Below are positions 48,227-60,200 of a stretch of DNA of 64,000 nucleotides, in pieces; positions within the stretch are counted from its first letter, which is position 1; each line of letters starts with the position of its first letter. The stretch covers positions 37,912-101,911 of the IMG/VR virus record IMGVR_UViG_3300018424_005577; one strand, written 5' to 3'. A program made the position numbers and the translations under genes. The notes under the pieces are model-generated. The model ran no database searches. It was not told where the DNA came from and was given only the letters and a program-made list of their open reading frames with translations. Source of the stretch: a virus.

Positions 48227-48606
48227 TGAGTTATTATATAGGTACAGGTCCAACAGACGTAATTGACGGTTTTGCAAAAAGATATTTTTACGGTTTGCGT
48301 AGAAATAATGACGGCGAGCTATTTTTAGTAAGATCAGATCAATTAAAGTTTGGCGATGATAATGTTATTACAATAAATGATCTAGGTGAGCCAGAAGGAA
48401 ATTATAATGATTTTGAGGAAGGCATTGACTTTTTAGCAGGCATTGATCCTCAGCATCAAATTGAATACGATAATTTAAGATATCCTCAATACAGATGGGA
48501 CGGTAGATATCTTACATATTATATTGATCATGCAACAGGACAGTTTATTCAAAGACTAAGTGAAGACTATGAATATCCTGAAGGACTATCTGGACCAGGA
48601 TATTAA
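48226..48606 (+). CDS. Hypothetical structural protein (126 aa)
   Basis: Translationally coupled (TAATG) in fibre operon; RYFYGLRR..DGEL, YPQYRWD. Confidence 0.75.
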   Translation: MSYYIGTGPTDVIDGFAKRYFYGLRRNNDGELFLVRSDQLKFGDDNVITINDLGEPEGNYNDFEEGIDFLAGIDPQHQIEYDNLRYPQYRWDGRYLTYYIDHATGQFIQRLSEDYEYPEGLSGPGY

Positions 48607-48616
48607 GGAGTTATAG

Positions 48617-51600
48617 ATGCCAGAGTTTAATTTAGAAAGATTTAGATATATTTGGAGAGGTCCTTGGACTACAGGACGCGAATATAACAGAGATGATGTT
48701 GTACAGTACGGTGGTTCTTCTTGGACTTGTACACGAGTACACACTGCAACAACATTTGAAGCAGATCAAGATTATTTAGAAAATGTAGGCGATACACAAC
48801 CAACTCCGTCTTGGACTAAAATGACAGATGGTTATGGCTTTAGAGGCAATTGGGGTCCAGATAATGCATACGGTATTGGCGAACTTGTATTCTACGGGGG
48901 TATACTTTATCTTTGTATAGACAACCATACTTCAGATAGTATTTTTGATACAGATTTAGATGCATCTCGTTGGGAAACATATGTATCAGGAAGTGCATGG
49001 AAAGGTGACTGGGACGAAAGTACAAGATATGGCATAGGCGACCTAATAAAATATAATGGAATCATTTATAGATGTAACACAGGACATACGTCTGCAAGTA
49101 TAGACTTAGGATTAGAAAATGATCAATCTAAGTGGACTATAGTATTTTCTGGCGTTGAGTATGCAGGGACATACACTCCTGGTGTAAGATATCGTGCAAA
49201 TGATTTAGTAGAATATGGTGGTTCAGTTTTACGTTGCATTACTGGATATACTGCTGGTGCAAATTTAGACGCAACAAAATTTCAAACGGAATTCCATGGT
49301 TTAAAATATGCAGGCAATTGGGACACTAACACATATTATGCAGTTGGTGATACAGTAGTCAACGGCGGATATGTGTTTAGAGCATTAACAAATAATGTTA
49401 ATAGATCGCCTAGTGACGATTACACGCTTAGTCCTGGAAGTCCAGACTGGGAAATTTTAATTAAAGGTAACAATGTAAAAGGAGAATGGCAACCCGATAC
49501 ATTATATAAGACAGGCGACATTGTTATAAGAGGCGGACAACTTTACCAAGCACAGGAAGACACGCAACGTGATGGTAGTACTGACGATTACTTAGACAAT
49601 ACTTACTGGAATCTTATACTAGAAGGCCAAGCATGGAAAAGTGGTTGGCTAGAAAACATAGTTTACTTTGTCGGAGATGTTGTAACATTTGAAGGAAGTA
49701 CATGGAAATGTAATACTCAACACATATCAAGTTATGGCGAAGATGACAATCCAGATTTTCCTAGTAATTTTCCTGGAGATAGCGGAAGCGGATTTGAGTA
49801 TTGGGACTTATTAATTTTAGAAGGTCCTAATGTAGGAATGAATCAGCGAGGCGATTTACTTACATATAACTATTCGAGAGGTATACTCAACGACGGCAGT
49901 ACTGTAGGACCTACAGGTGTAAGATTAGATAGTTTTGGTAAAGTTTTGACAGTGGGCAACGATGATACAGTTGCATACAGAAACTTCGGAGATGTTGATA
50001 GGACAATATTCGTAGCATCAGACGGCATAGATGATTTTGATCAAGAAGATGCTGGAAGTTATTACAAGCCATACAGAACTGTAGGATTTGCATGTAGAAG
50101 AGCCGACGATGGCTTTGACGGAACAACCTCAATTTATGTTGCTACAGGAACTTATAAAGAAGCATTGCCGATATCAATACCTAAGCAAACAGCGGTGATT
50201 GGTGATGAACTAAGAGCAACAGTTATAGAAGCATGTCCTGCAGAGACAGTACCTGCTTCAGATAGAGGGATACGTATAGATGCAATTGATAGGATTTCAG
50301 ATATTATAGAAGCATTGGTTGCGCAAACTACAGTTACAACAAGTTCGGGAAATACTACAACACAGACTATTGTAAAAGATACTGTAACCGTAAATGTATC
50401 ATACGATCCTCCGCAATATGATGCAGACGAAAACGAAATATACGAATCGTCTTACACGGAAGATCAACCTATAGCATCTTCAGTTGAAGCGGCACAAGAA
50501 TTCCAAACATTGATTGCTAACACAATCAGTAAAATTAATTTTATTGCAAACAGCGGTCCAACAGATCCAGTAATAAGAGGCTCGTTAGATAAAATTACAG
50601 ATGAAAATTTTATAAATGCTTTAAGGATTTTTAATGCTAATAAAACATTTATATTAGATGAAGTGATGGCATTTTTAGCGGCATCTCCTTGGGCAGGACA
50701 ATACGATGTTCATGAATACAGAACTTTCATTCATGAATACATTTTATTATTAGCTAAAGATTATGAATATAGTAGTAATTACGAAGTAGTCTTAGCAGGT
50801 AGAAGATATGCTAATAGTATAACAGGTTCGTCTTTAGAAGATATGTTCTATTGTAGAGATACTACAGGTTTAAGAAACTGCACTGTAAAAGGGTTAACCG
50901 GCAGTTTAAATCCTCCGGTATCTTTTGAAGTATATCAAAGACCAACTGGTGGCTCATATGTATCACTTGATCCAGGCTGGGGTGTTGACGACAGTAGACA
51001 ATGGATTATGAATAGATCACCTTATATTCAAAACGTAACAACTTTTGGTACAGCATGTGTAGGACAAAAAATAGATGGCGCTCTACATAACGGCGGTAAT
51101 AAATCTATTACAAGTAATGACTTTACGCAGGTATTGAGTGATGGTATTGGTGCATGGGTAACAAATAATGGTAGAGCAGAACTTGTTTCTGTGTTTACAT
51201 ACTATGCCCAAATTGGTTACTTTGCAGAAGCAGGCGGAATTATACGTGCGACAAATGGTAACTGTTCATATGGAGATATCGGTGCATTAGCGCAAGGAAA
51301 TGATCCTAACGAAACTCCTCAATCTGCAACACTAAACAATAGAGACAACCAAGCACAAGTTGCAAACGCTTTTGCAGGTGAAAGAAATGACGAAGTCTTT
51401 ATATTTGAAATGGAAAATGCAGGACAAGAGTATACAGAAGCATCTTATAATATTGTTGCATCAGGTACTGGTGTAGAAGTAGTACAAGAAGATTTTAGAG
51501 ACAAAGCAATTTTTGAATCAAGAATATTAAGAGCTGAAGACAGTAGTTTAGAAGGTGGTTTTGGATTTTTCTTAACAGGTAACAACGCACAAGAAGGTGA

Positions 51601-54223
51601 CACAACTACTATCACAGTTGCCTCTAGTTCAGAGTTTACTAAAGAAGAAGTTTTAGGACTTAGAATTATTATTACTTCAGGTGAAGGTACAGGTCAATAT
51701 GGATATATTCAAGATTACAATCCTTTGCAAAAACTTATTACAGTATATAGAGAAAGTGACAATCAACCAGGTTGGGATCATTTAGTACCAGGTTGGCCTA
51801 TAACAGAAGTTCTTACAACAAGTACTGCTTATAGAATAGAACCTAGACCTGTGTTTAGTGAACCTACATTTTCTGCAGAGGTGCAAAGTGCTCCTATCAG
51901 TGTTACATGGCAAGATATTACATATGGCGAAACCTTCCAAAGTTTCTTAGCAATTCAGGGTACAGGAAATAAAAATGGTACATTAGAAGGTGATGCAGTT
52001 GCAGAAGATGCGGCATTTAACGTAACTAAAGACGGCAGAGAGTACACAGTATCACTAAGTAGTTCAGGACAAGGATACGCAGTAGGCGACATAATTACAA
52101 TTTCAGGTTCACAGGTCGGCGGATTTGATGGACAGAATGATATTAAAATTTATGTAGAAGCAACGACCGATGATAGTACAGACAGCATTACTCAATTTAG
52201 ATATGAAGGATTAGGACAAAGCGGATATTATATTGCTTTACCAAATTCTGGACAAGTTGCTACAATATCTTTAGATGGTAGTGAATGGAATAATATTGTG
52301 CTACCTGAAACAGGAAGTTGGAATAGTATTGCCGCAGGCGGTACAGCATTTGTAGTAGTTAAATCTGGTACTAATGTATTTTATTCAAGAAATGCAGAAG
52401 ATTGGACAACATCGACATTACCTGTAAATCAAAACTGGACAAAAGTAAATTATGGTAATGGAGTTTTTGTTGCAATATCAGAAGAATCCAACGATGCGGC
52501 ATATAGCACAAATAACGGAGCAACTTGGTCATCAGTGACATTACCTACAGTAGGAGATAGTACTCAAAGTGTTTGGGCAGATATTGCCTACGGCGGAAAT
52601 AAATGGGTAGCAGTAGGAAGAAGTAATAGTGCAGTTGCAATCGGAGATTATAATGCTGACACAGATACCTGGACATGGACACAAAGTTCTTTAGATACTG
52701 CTGAAGATAGTACACAAGCAGATTGGATAGCAGTTGAACATGGTAATAACAGATTCCTTGCAATTAGCACTCAAGGCGATGTTAGATATAGTTGGGACGG
52801 AGTTACATGGTACGGAGCAATTATGCCAAGCCAAGACGGTTCTACAGCATTTAATTGGAGAAGTGTAAAATACGGAAATGGTATTTTCTTTGCAGTTTGC
52901 GATGCTGAAGGAGTAAGCATAGGTGACGATGCACCTCCGGTTGGAGGTAGAACTAACTATGCGGCAACGTCAGTTGATGGAATAGTTTGGGAAAGCAGAA
53001 CGTTAGCTTCGTCATTAAAATGGAAGGCTATAACTTATGGTAGACCCGAAAACATCGAAGAATCAATAACAGACATAGATCCTTATTGGATTGCAGTTGC
53101 TAATGAATTAACTGGTGTTACAAATAGAATTAGAGCTGGAGCAAGAGCTCAAGGTAGAGCTATTGTTGAAGGTCAAAGAATTTCAGAGATTAGAATGTGG
53201 GATGTAGGAAGCGGATATATTTCTGCTCCAACTTATGAAATAATTGATGCTAATCAAACAAGTGATGCATTTATAGATTTAAGGGTAGGTAATGGTGTAC
53301 TAGGTCAACCTACATTTACTGGAAGAGGTAAATCATATAAATCTAGTACAACAACTGTAGAAATTATAGGAAACGGATTTGCAGATATATATCCGGAAGG
53401 CCGATTCATTACAATTAGTGGATTAACTAGATTACCAGGACCTGGTGCTCAACTAAGATTTTCACCCGTAACTGCTGAAAGTCAAATTCACAGAGCAGTT
53501 ACGATTGAACTGTTACGCACAGAGGTTGATGGAGGTTTAACTGCAAAAATTAGAATATCACCTACATTTAATAAAGAACTTACATATGATCACGATACAA
53601 CTTTAGAAATTAGAGAAAGATACAGTCAATGTAGAATTACAGGTCACGATTTCTTAGATATAGGAACAGGTAACTTTGAAGAGACTAACTATCCAACTTT
53701 ATATGCAACAGGTGATTATTTTGATGCACCTGAAAATGAAGTTGTAGAACTCGACGGTGGAAGAGTATTTTACACTAGTACAGACCAAGATGGTAACTTT
53801 AGGGTTGGTGAACTGTTTGCAGTTGAGCAGGCAACTGGTATTGTTACTATTAGTGCAGACTTCTTTGACTTAGACGGTTTGACTGAATTAGCACTAGGTG
53901 GTATTAGAGTAGGTGGTTCTGGAACAGTAATTAGAGAATTTAGTAAAGATCCGTTCTTTACTGAGGATTCTAATAACATTGTACCAACACAAAGAGCAAT
54001 CAAAGCGTACTTAACTAACAGACTAAACGTTGGTGGTGCAGATTTATTAACAGCAAGTTTTGTTGCAGGTGTTGTTAGGGTTGGTCCTAGCCAGATTGCA
54101 ACAACTACAGGACAACAATTGGTGTTTCCTGTACAAGTAGACTTTAGCGGAAGCGGTGCAAGTATAAATGGATCGATTCTTGCGCAAACAGTATTTTTCA
54201 ATTCATTTAATGACATAGTTTAA
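48617..54223 (+). CDS. Giant fibre/adhesin C (1868 aa): CBM5/12-like repeats, beta-helix, Asp-box (BNR) propeller
   Basis: W-x5-Y-x2-[GN]D-x-V-x-Y-x-G repeats; GDELR and RSPYIQNVT; SxDGxxW repeats; C-terminal FYTSTDQDGNFRVG. Confidence 0.8.
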   Translation: MPEFNLERFRYIWRGPWTTGREYNRDDVVQYGGSSWTCTRVHTATTFEADQDYLENVGDTQPTPSWTKMTDGYGFRGNWGPDNAYGIGELVFYGGILYLCIDNHTSDSIFDTDLDASRWETYVSGSAWKGDWDESTRYGIGDLIKYNGIIYRCNTGHTSASIDLGLENDQSKWTIVFSGVEYAGTYTPGVRYRANDLVEYGGSVLRCITGYTAGANLDATKFQTEFHGLKYAGNWDTNTYYAVGDTVVNGGYVFRALTNNVNRSPSDDYTLSPGSPDWEILIKGNNVKGEWQPDTLYKTGDIVIRGGQLYQAQEDTQRDGSTDDYLDNTYWNLILEGQAWKSGWLENIVYFVGDVVTFEGSTWKCNTQHISSYGEDDNPDFPSNFPGDSGSGFEYWDLLILEGPNVGMNQRGDLLTYNYSRGILNDGSTVGPTGVRLDSFGKVLTVGNDDTVAYRNFGDVDRTIFVASDGIDDFDQEDAGSYYKPYRTVGFACRRADDGFDGTTSIYVATGTYKEALPISIPKQTAVIGDELRATVIEACPAETVPASDRGIRIDAIDRISDIIEALVAQTTVTTSSGNTTTQTIVKDTVTVNVSYDPPQYDADENEIYESSYTEDQPIASSVEAAQEFQTLIANTISKINFIANSGPTDPVIRGSLDKITDENFINALRIFNANKTFILDEVMAFLAASPWAGQYDVHEYRTFIHEYILLLAKDYEYSSNYEVVLAGRRYANSITGSSLEDMFYCRDTTGLRNCTVKGLTGSLNPPVSFEVYQRPTGGSYVSLDPGWGVDDSRQWIMNRSPYIQNVTTFGTACVGQKIDGALHNGGNKSITSNDFTQVLSDGIGAWVTNNGRAELVSVFTYYAQIGYFAEAGGIIRATNGNCSYGDIGALAQGNDPNETPQSATLNNRDNQAQVANAFAGERNDEVFIFEMENAGQEYTEASYNIVASGTGVEVVQEDFRDKAIFESRILRAEDSSLEGGFGFFLTGNNAQEGDTTTITVASSSEFTKEEVLGLRIIITSGEGTGQYGYIQDYNPLQKLITVYRESDNQPGWDHLVPGWPITEVLTTSTAYRIEPRPVFSEPTFSAEVQSAPISVTWQDITYGETFQSFLAIQGTGNKNGTLEGDAVAEDAAFNVTKDGREYTVSLSSSGQGYAVGDIITISGSQVGGFDGQNDIKIYVEATTDDSTDSITQFRYEGLGQSGYYIALPNSGQVATISLDGSEWNNIVLPETGSWNSIAAGGTAFVVVKSGTNVFYSRNAEDWTTSTLPVNQNWTKVNYGNGVFVAISEESNDAAYSTNNGATWSSVTLPTVGDSTQSVWADIAYGGNKWVAVGRSNSAVAIGDYNADTDTWTWTQSSLDTAEDSTQADWIAVEHGNNRFLAISTQGDVRYSWDGVTWYGAIMPSQDGSTAFNWRSVKYGNGIFFAVCDAEGVSIGDDAPPVGGRTNYAATSVDGIVWESRTLASSLKWKAITYGRPENIEESITDIDPYWIAVANELTGVTNRIRAGARAQGRAIVEGQRISEIRMWDVGSGYISAPTYEIIDANQTSDAFIDLRVGNGVLGQPTFTGRGKSYKSSTTTVEIIGNGFADIYPEGRFITISGLTRLPGPGAQLRFSPVTAESQIHRAVTIELLRTEVDGGLTAKIRISPTFNKELTYDHDTTLEIRERYSQCRITGHDFLDIGTGNFEETNYPTLYATGDYFDAPENEVVELDGGRVFYTSTDQDGNFRVGELFAVEQATGIVTISADFFDLDGLTELALGGIRVGGSGTVIREFSKDPFFTEDSNNIVPTQRAIKAYLTNRLNVGGADLLTASFVAGVVRVGPSQIATTTGQQLVFPVQVDFSGSGASINGSILAQTVFFNSFNDIV

Positions 54224-54267
54224 AAAAATGAATAAATACTACAAATTCGGAGCATACGGAGCATAAA

Positions 54268-57200
54268 ATGGCAGAATTTAGATTAGGTAGAATTAAATTT
54301 GTATGGCAGGGCGACTGGGCAGGTGGCACTACATACTATCAAGATGATGTAATACGATACGGAGGTCGTACATACATTTGTGTTATTGGACATACAGCAG
54401 ACAGTAGTTTTTATACTGACTTAGACTTTGCTCCAACAAGATGGAATCTATTAACAGACGGTCAAACGTGGAAAGACGATTGGACAACTAATACATTTTA
54501 TGCTCTAAATGATATTGTTAAATATGGCGGAAACTTGTACATTGCTACAACTGCTCACACATCTGCCGCAACAAGTGCTCTAGGACTCGAAGCAAACCAA
54601 GCAAATTGGACAAATTTTGCACAAGGCATTGACTGGAAGGGTGCCTGGGCGACAAACACAAGATATAAAATCAATGATGTAGTGTCATATGGAGGAAAAG
54701 CATATATTGCAACAGCCGGACATACATCTCAAGCACTTGCTTCAGATGGTTTAGAAGCCGATATTGCAAATTGGGAGGAGTTTAATGAAGGTATTGCTCC
54801 TAAAGGTGATTGGGCAACTACAACTAGATATAAAGTAAATGATGTAGTAAAGTATGGTGCAGGTTTATGGATTTGTACAGCGGCTCACACCTCTGACGGG
54901 ACAACATTTAATAATGATGTTGCTAACTGGGATCAGTTTGTAGAAGGATTTAAATTTGAAGATACATGGAGTGATGCTACTGAATATAAACAAGGCGATG
55001 TTGTTGTATACGGCGGGAATCAATATGTATCTAAAACAATAAACACTAATGCTAATCCTGTAACACAAACATCAGATTGGGGAGAGCTGTCAAAAGGCTT
55101 TAGTTTCCAAAATGATTGGGCAAGTGGTACAGCATACAAAGTTGGCGAAGTCGTTAGATTAAGAGGTTATACATACCTTGCAACAGCAGATAGTACAGGT
55201 CAAGAACCTCCTAATGCTTCTTATTGGACAAGATTAACAAGTGGCCTATCATGGCAAGGCGAATGGCTAGATGATCAAGCGTATAAACTAGGTGATGTTG
55301 TTCGTTATGATTCTAACGCATATGTCTGTGTATTAGGACACATTTCAGAAGGCGATGACTTTTCAACAGTCAATCCAGCAGATCCAGGCGGCGGAAACGA
55401 AAATAGCCGTCCTGATTTAGATGTAACAGGTACATACTGGAATGTATTAAGTATTGGTAGCGAAACAGCAGTAATGACAGCTCGCGGTGATATGGTTTAT
55501 TACAGCGGTTCTGGTCCTGCAAGATTGCCAATAGGTACAGAAGGACAAATTTTACGTGCAGGCACAGAAGATCCAGAGTGGGTAACACTCGGAGAAACGG
55601 ATCACGTTTATTACGTAGCGCCTCAAGGTGTAGACGGACCTGCTCCAATTAACGGACTTACACTCGATAAACCATTTAAGACAATACGCTATGCGTGTGA
55701 ACAAGTAGAATTAGGACCAAGAAATCCTAATGCAAAAAGATTACTTACATTAAACAAAGCATTTATACAAAGAGAAATTGTAGAATGGACAAACTATCAA
55801 ATCACAAATAATACTGCACCATTTACTACAGCATTCACATACGATACAAAAAAATGTGAAAGAGATATGGGCTATATTATTGAAGCATTAATACATGATA
55901 TCGGACATAGTTCTAACGAAGAATCAAGAAAAGCGGCATTATCATATGTAAATGATGCAGGAAACTTTTACACATTAGGACAAGAAGCAGAAACAGTTGC
56001 ATCAATTGAGTATGGATTAGCTCTTATAGAAAATGTTCTAAATCAAGAAGCACCTGCAACTAATTATCAAGCAGAAAATAGTGATAGTGCGGCATTTGTA
56101 GTTGTTGATCAATACTTTGAAGCAGGAATACAAGCCGAAGCAGGCGCACTTGCAGAACTTACATCCAATGTAACAATTATTACAGATGCAATTACTGCCG
56201 GTGAAGCAGATAATATACCCGCAGAATATGTACCTACTAAAATTATTAATGTTAAAACAGGAAAATATAGAGAAGTACTTCCTATTATTGTTCCTAGAGA
56301 AACTTGTATTTTAGGTGACGAACTACGTTCAGTAAATGCAGGCCCGGCAGGTAGTTTGTTTGACGATATTGATTCGTACTATAGTATGGACACGTTAGAG
56401 CGTTTAAAAACAGTAGTGTCTGAAGTTGTAGTCGGTACAACTGTAAGTGCAAGCACAGGAAATACATTAACACAAAATGCAGATTTTCCGTATGCAGACA
56501 CAGAAGAACAAAATCGTATAGATAAATTAATTGATGTTATGATGCATAACATTGACTATAAAATTGGCGGAAGAAACTTTATTGAATCGTCTAGCAGTAT
56601 ACCTGTAGGTTATAATACCTCATTTTTAGCAGGATATGGTGATGCTAAGAGAAATATTTTAGGAAATAAAAAATTCCTTCAAGAAGAAATAATACAATAT
56701 ATTAATAATAATTATTCTACACTAAAATACAGTAAAACAAGTTGTCGTAGAGATGTAGGTTGGATTTTAGATAGTGTAGCATATGATATTACATACGGTG
56801 GTAATAGTCAGTCAATCAATGCAGGTTTAGCCTACTATGACGGGAGAGACGGTGACTCTGTTATTGATGCAGGGGAAAAGGCAGCAACAACAGCGGCTTG
56901 GACCTACTTGAAAAATTTAATGATTTCAATTGCACAAGCACAAACTGTTACACCATTAAATTCAAAATACGGTCAATTTAAAACAACCGCAGGATCAGCA
57001 GGCGCTGGCACTAGAATCGGTGAACTATTAGATATTATTATAGGAATTGTAAATTTAGGAACAACAAATGCTCCAAATGTAACAGTTACAGACATAGCAA
57101 CAAATGTTGTTACAACAAGTACTTCACATGGTCTAAGTGTAGGTGATAGATTTAGAGCTAGAACAACATCAAATGGATTTGTAAAAAATACAAACTATTG

Positions 57201-60200
57201 GATTATTAGTACACCGGCTGCAAATACATTTACAGTGTCAGATTCGTACGGAGGAAGTGTAACTTCATTGACAAATGGGTCAGGATTAGCTATTGTAGGC
57301 GATGTTGTAGAAAGTGCAACTGTTGATACCTCAATTACTGTTGACGGCGGCGCAAGTATACAAACAGATGGCGAAGAAATAAGTGGCGCAACACAAGATA
57401 CTGTATATGCTGTAATTGACGAATTAAATAAAACAAACTGGCATACAGACTTTATTATACAAACTGCTAATTTGACTGCTACAACATTCCAAGTTTATGT
57501 AGGTAAGAGTAGTATTGTACACACATATGTTAGCGGCGGTACAGTAACTAAAGCAGACGGAACTGTTTTAAACGTTCAAGATTTTGACTATGATAATCTA
57601 ACAGGACAAGCAGAAGTAACTACTACTGCTAATCATGGACTTGTTGCTGGAGATATTGTAGACATAGAAGAAGTTTTAGTCACTTGTACAGATGCAGGCG
57701 GAGTTAGAGAACTTACATTCCCTAGGTCATTAAGTACAGATGGTCAAACAACTAAAACGTTTTATATTCAAAACAAGTGTATCAGAGATACAAGGCTTGT
57801 TATTGATGCTGTAATTTATGATTATATGTTTGGAATTAGAGATCAAGTTGTTAGAGCAGGTAGATCTTATTTAAGAGCCAATGCGGCAGATGTTTATACT
57901 AAAGGACAAAAAGCATCTACACTTACTGCATACGAAACTGCAAAAGATTACATTCTTGCAAATGTTACCCTATCTGCTACGGACAGATTTAGTGATGTAT
58001 GGGATAAACTAGACACAATTATCTATGGCGGAACAACTGAAGGATCAAATCAAGTTTCGGACAGAAACAATGTAGAATATGCGGCTAGACAAATTGAATT
58101 AAATAGAGATTTTATTGTTGCTGAAGCTAGTGCATGGACTCAAATCAGAAATAAAATAACTGTAAGTTCAACAACAGCTTCAGGCGGTATAGTAACACAT
58201 GCTGGAAATCCAAATGTTCAAAAATTTGAAGCAATAGAATTTAGTGCAGACATTGGCGGATTAACTGCTGGTACAACATACTATGTATATGAAGTTTTAA
58301 GTGATACAACATTTACAGTATCGGCAACTAGATACGCTACTTCAAAAATAACGCTGATTGACGAAACTAAAGCTGTTACAGCAGATTTAGTATACGATGA
58401 TGCTAAGTGTAGAAGAGATGTGAATAGATATATAGATGCTATCATTTATGATTTAAAATATCCCGGCAATTACAAGTCTTATATGGCGGCAAGATATTAT
58501 GCGAACGGCGTAATAGGCTCTTTAGAAGAAGACATGTACTATGTAAGAAATGCTACAGGCATTAGAAATCAAACATTAGCGGATCTAAGCGGAGACCTAG
58601 GTCCTGCAAATGCTTACGGAACAAGACGTCCAACAGCAGGCGCTTATGTATCTCTTGATCCGGGCTGGGGGCCAAAAGACGAAAGAGTTTGGATTAATGC
58701 CCGCTCCCCATACGTACAAAACGTAACAACATTCGGTACAGCGGCAGTTGGTCAAAAGATTGACGGTGCTTTACACGATGGCGGCAACGATAGTATTGTT
58801 TCAAACGACTTTACACAAGTTATATCAGACGGTATCGGTGCTTGGATTACTAATAACGGTAGAGCAGAACTTGTTTCAGTGTTTACCTATTATGGACATA
58901 TTGGCTACCTTGCTGAAAACGGAGGTAGAATACGTGGTACTAATGGTAATAACTCATACGGTGACTTTGGTTCAGTAGCAGAAGGGTTTGATAACAGAGA
59001 AACTCCAGGAACTGCTATTGTTGATAACAGATTCCAGTATGTAGCTACTGTAGGAGATACTATAACAGACGGTGCTCAAGAAATTTTACAACTAGCATTT
59101 GATAATGCTGGTAACAATTATAGCGATGTTACTTGGGAGTTAAACGGAGCAGGTACAGGCGTCAGAGTAGAACAAACTGATTTCAGAGATGATGCAGTCT
59201 TTGACATAAGATTACTGGATAATGTAGACGATAGCACTAATGCTCCAGAAGCAGATGGAAACTTTGGTGGAACAGGATATCTTACTAATGCAAACACAGC
59301 TCAGGGAGGTACCTCAACAAGTTTAACTATTGCCGCTACAGATGATGAGCTAAGTTCAGCTTATATTGGAATGAAGTTGTTACTTACCGGCGGTAGTGGT
59401 GCAGGACAGTTTGGGATTATTGAATCTTATAATGCTGGTAATAAAATTGCTAACATTGTAAAAAGAGAAAAAGAAGTTGCATTAACTAGTATATCGGCTT
59501 CTTCTAAGTACGTAATTACAAGTTTAGGAAACACTGATTTTACAGCAATAGGAGCCAGTGCAACACCATTTGTCGGCGAAATATTTACAGCTACAGGTGC
59601 AGGTTCAGGCACAGGGACGGTTGATTCAGTATCAGACGGATGGGACAATATTCGTGCAGGTAATACAATAGTAACACCTGACGCTTCAACAACATATGTA
59701 ATTGAACCTGAGATTAATTTCTCAGAACCTGCATATGAAAATGACGCAGGTACAAGTGCAGGCTCACTGTTGAATGGTGTATACTTTATTGGATTACAAA
59801 AAACATTCACTAATGTTTCAGCAAGCGGCGGCAAAGGTAACAGTGCAACTTTTGATGTAACAGTTAAAAATCAAAATTACACAGTAACACTCAACACCGC
59901 AGGCAACAATTATGAGCGCAATGATACCCTTACAATTTTAGGTAGTTTAGTTGGTGGAGAAAACAATACTAATGATATTACAATTACCCTTACTAGTGTA
60001 AACAGTACAAACGGCGAAGTTCAGGCATTTGATATTACAGGCAATGCAAGAGGCGGCAAGTTTATGGGTGTAGCATCAGGTGTAACTTCTGAATATAGTT
60101 ATGATGGTGTTGACTGGACCGAGTCTGGTACAAATCCATCATTTGCAGGCGGTACCCAGAGAGTTGCATCGGTAGCAAGTGGAGCATTAACAGCACAAGA

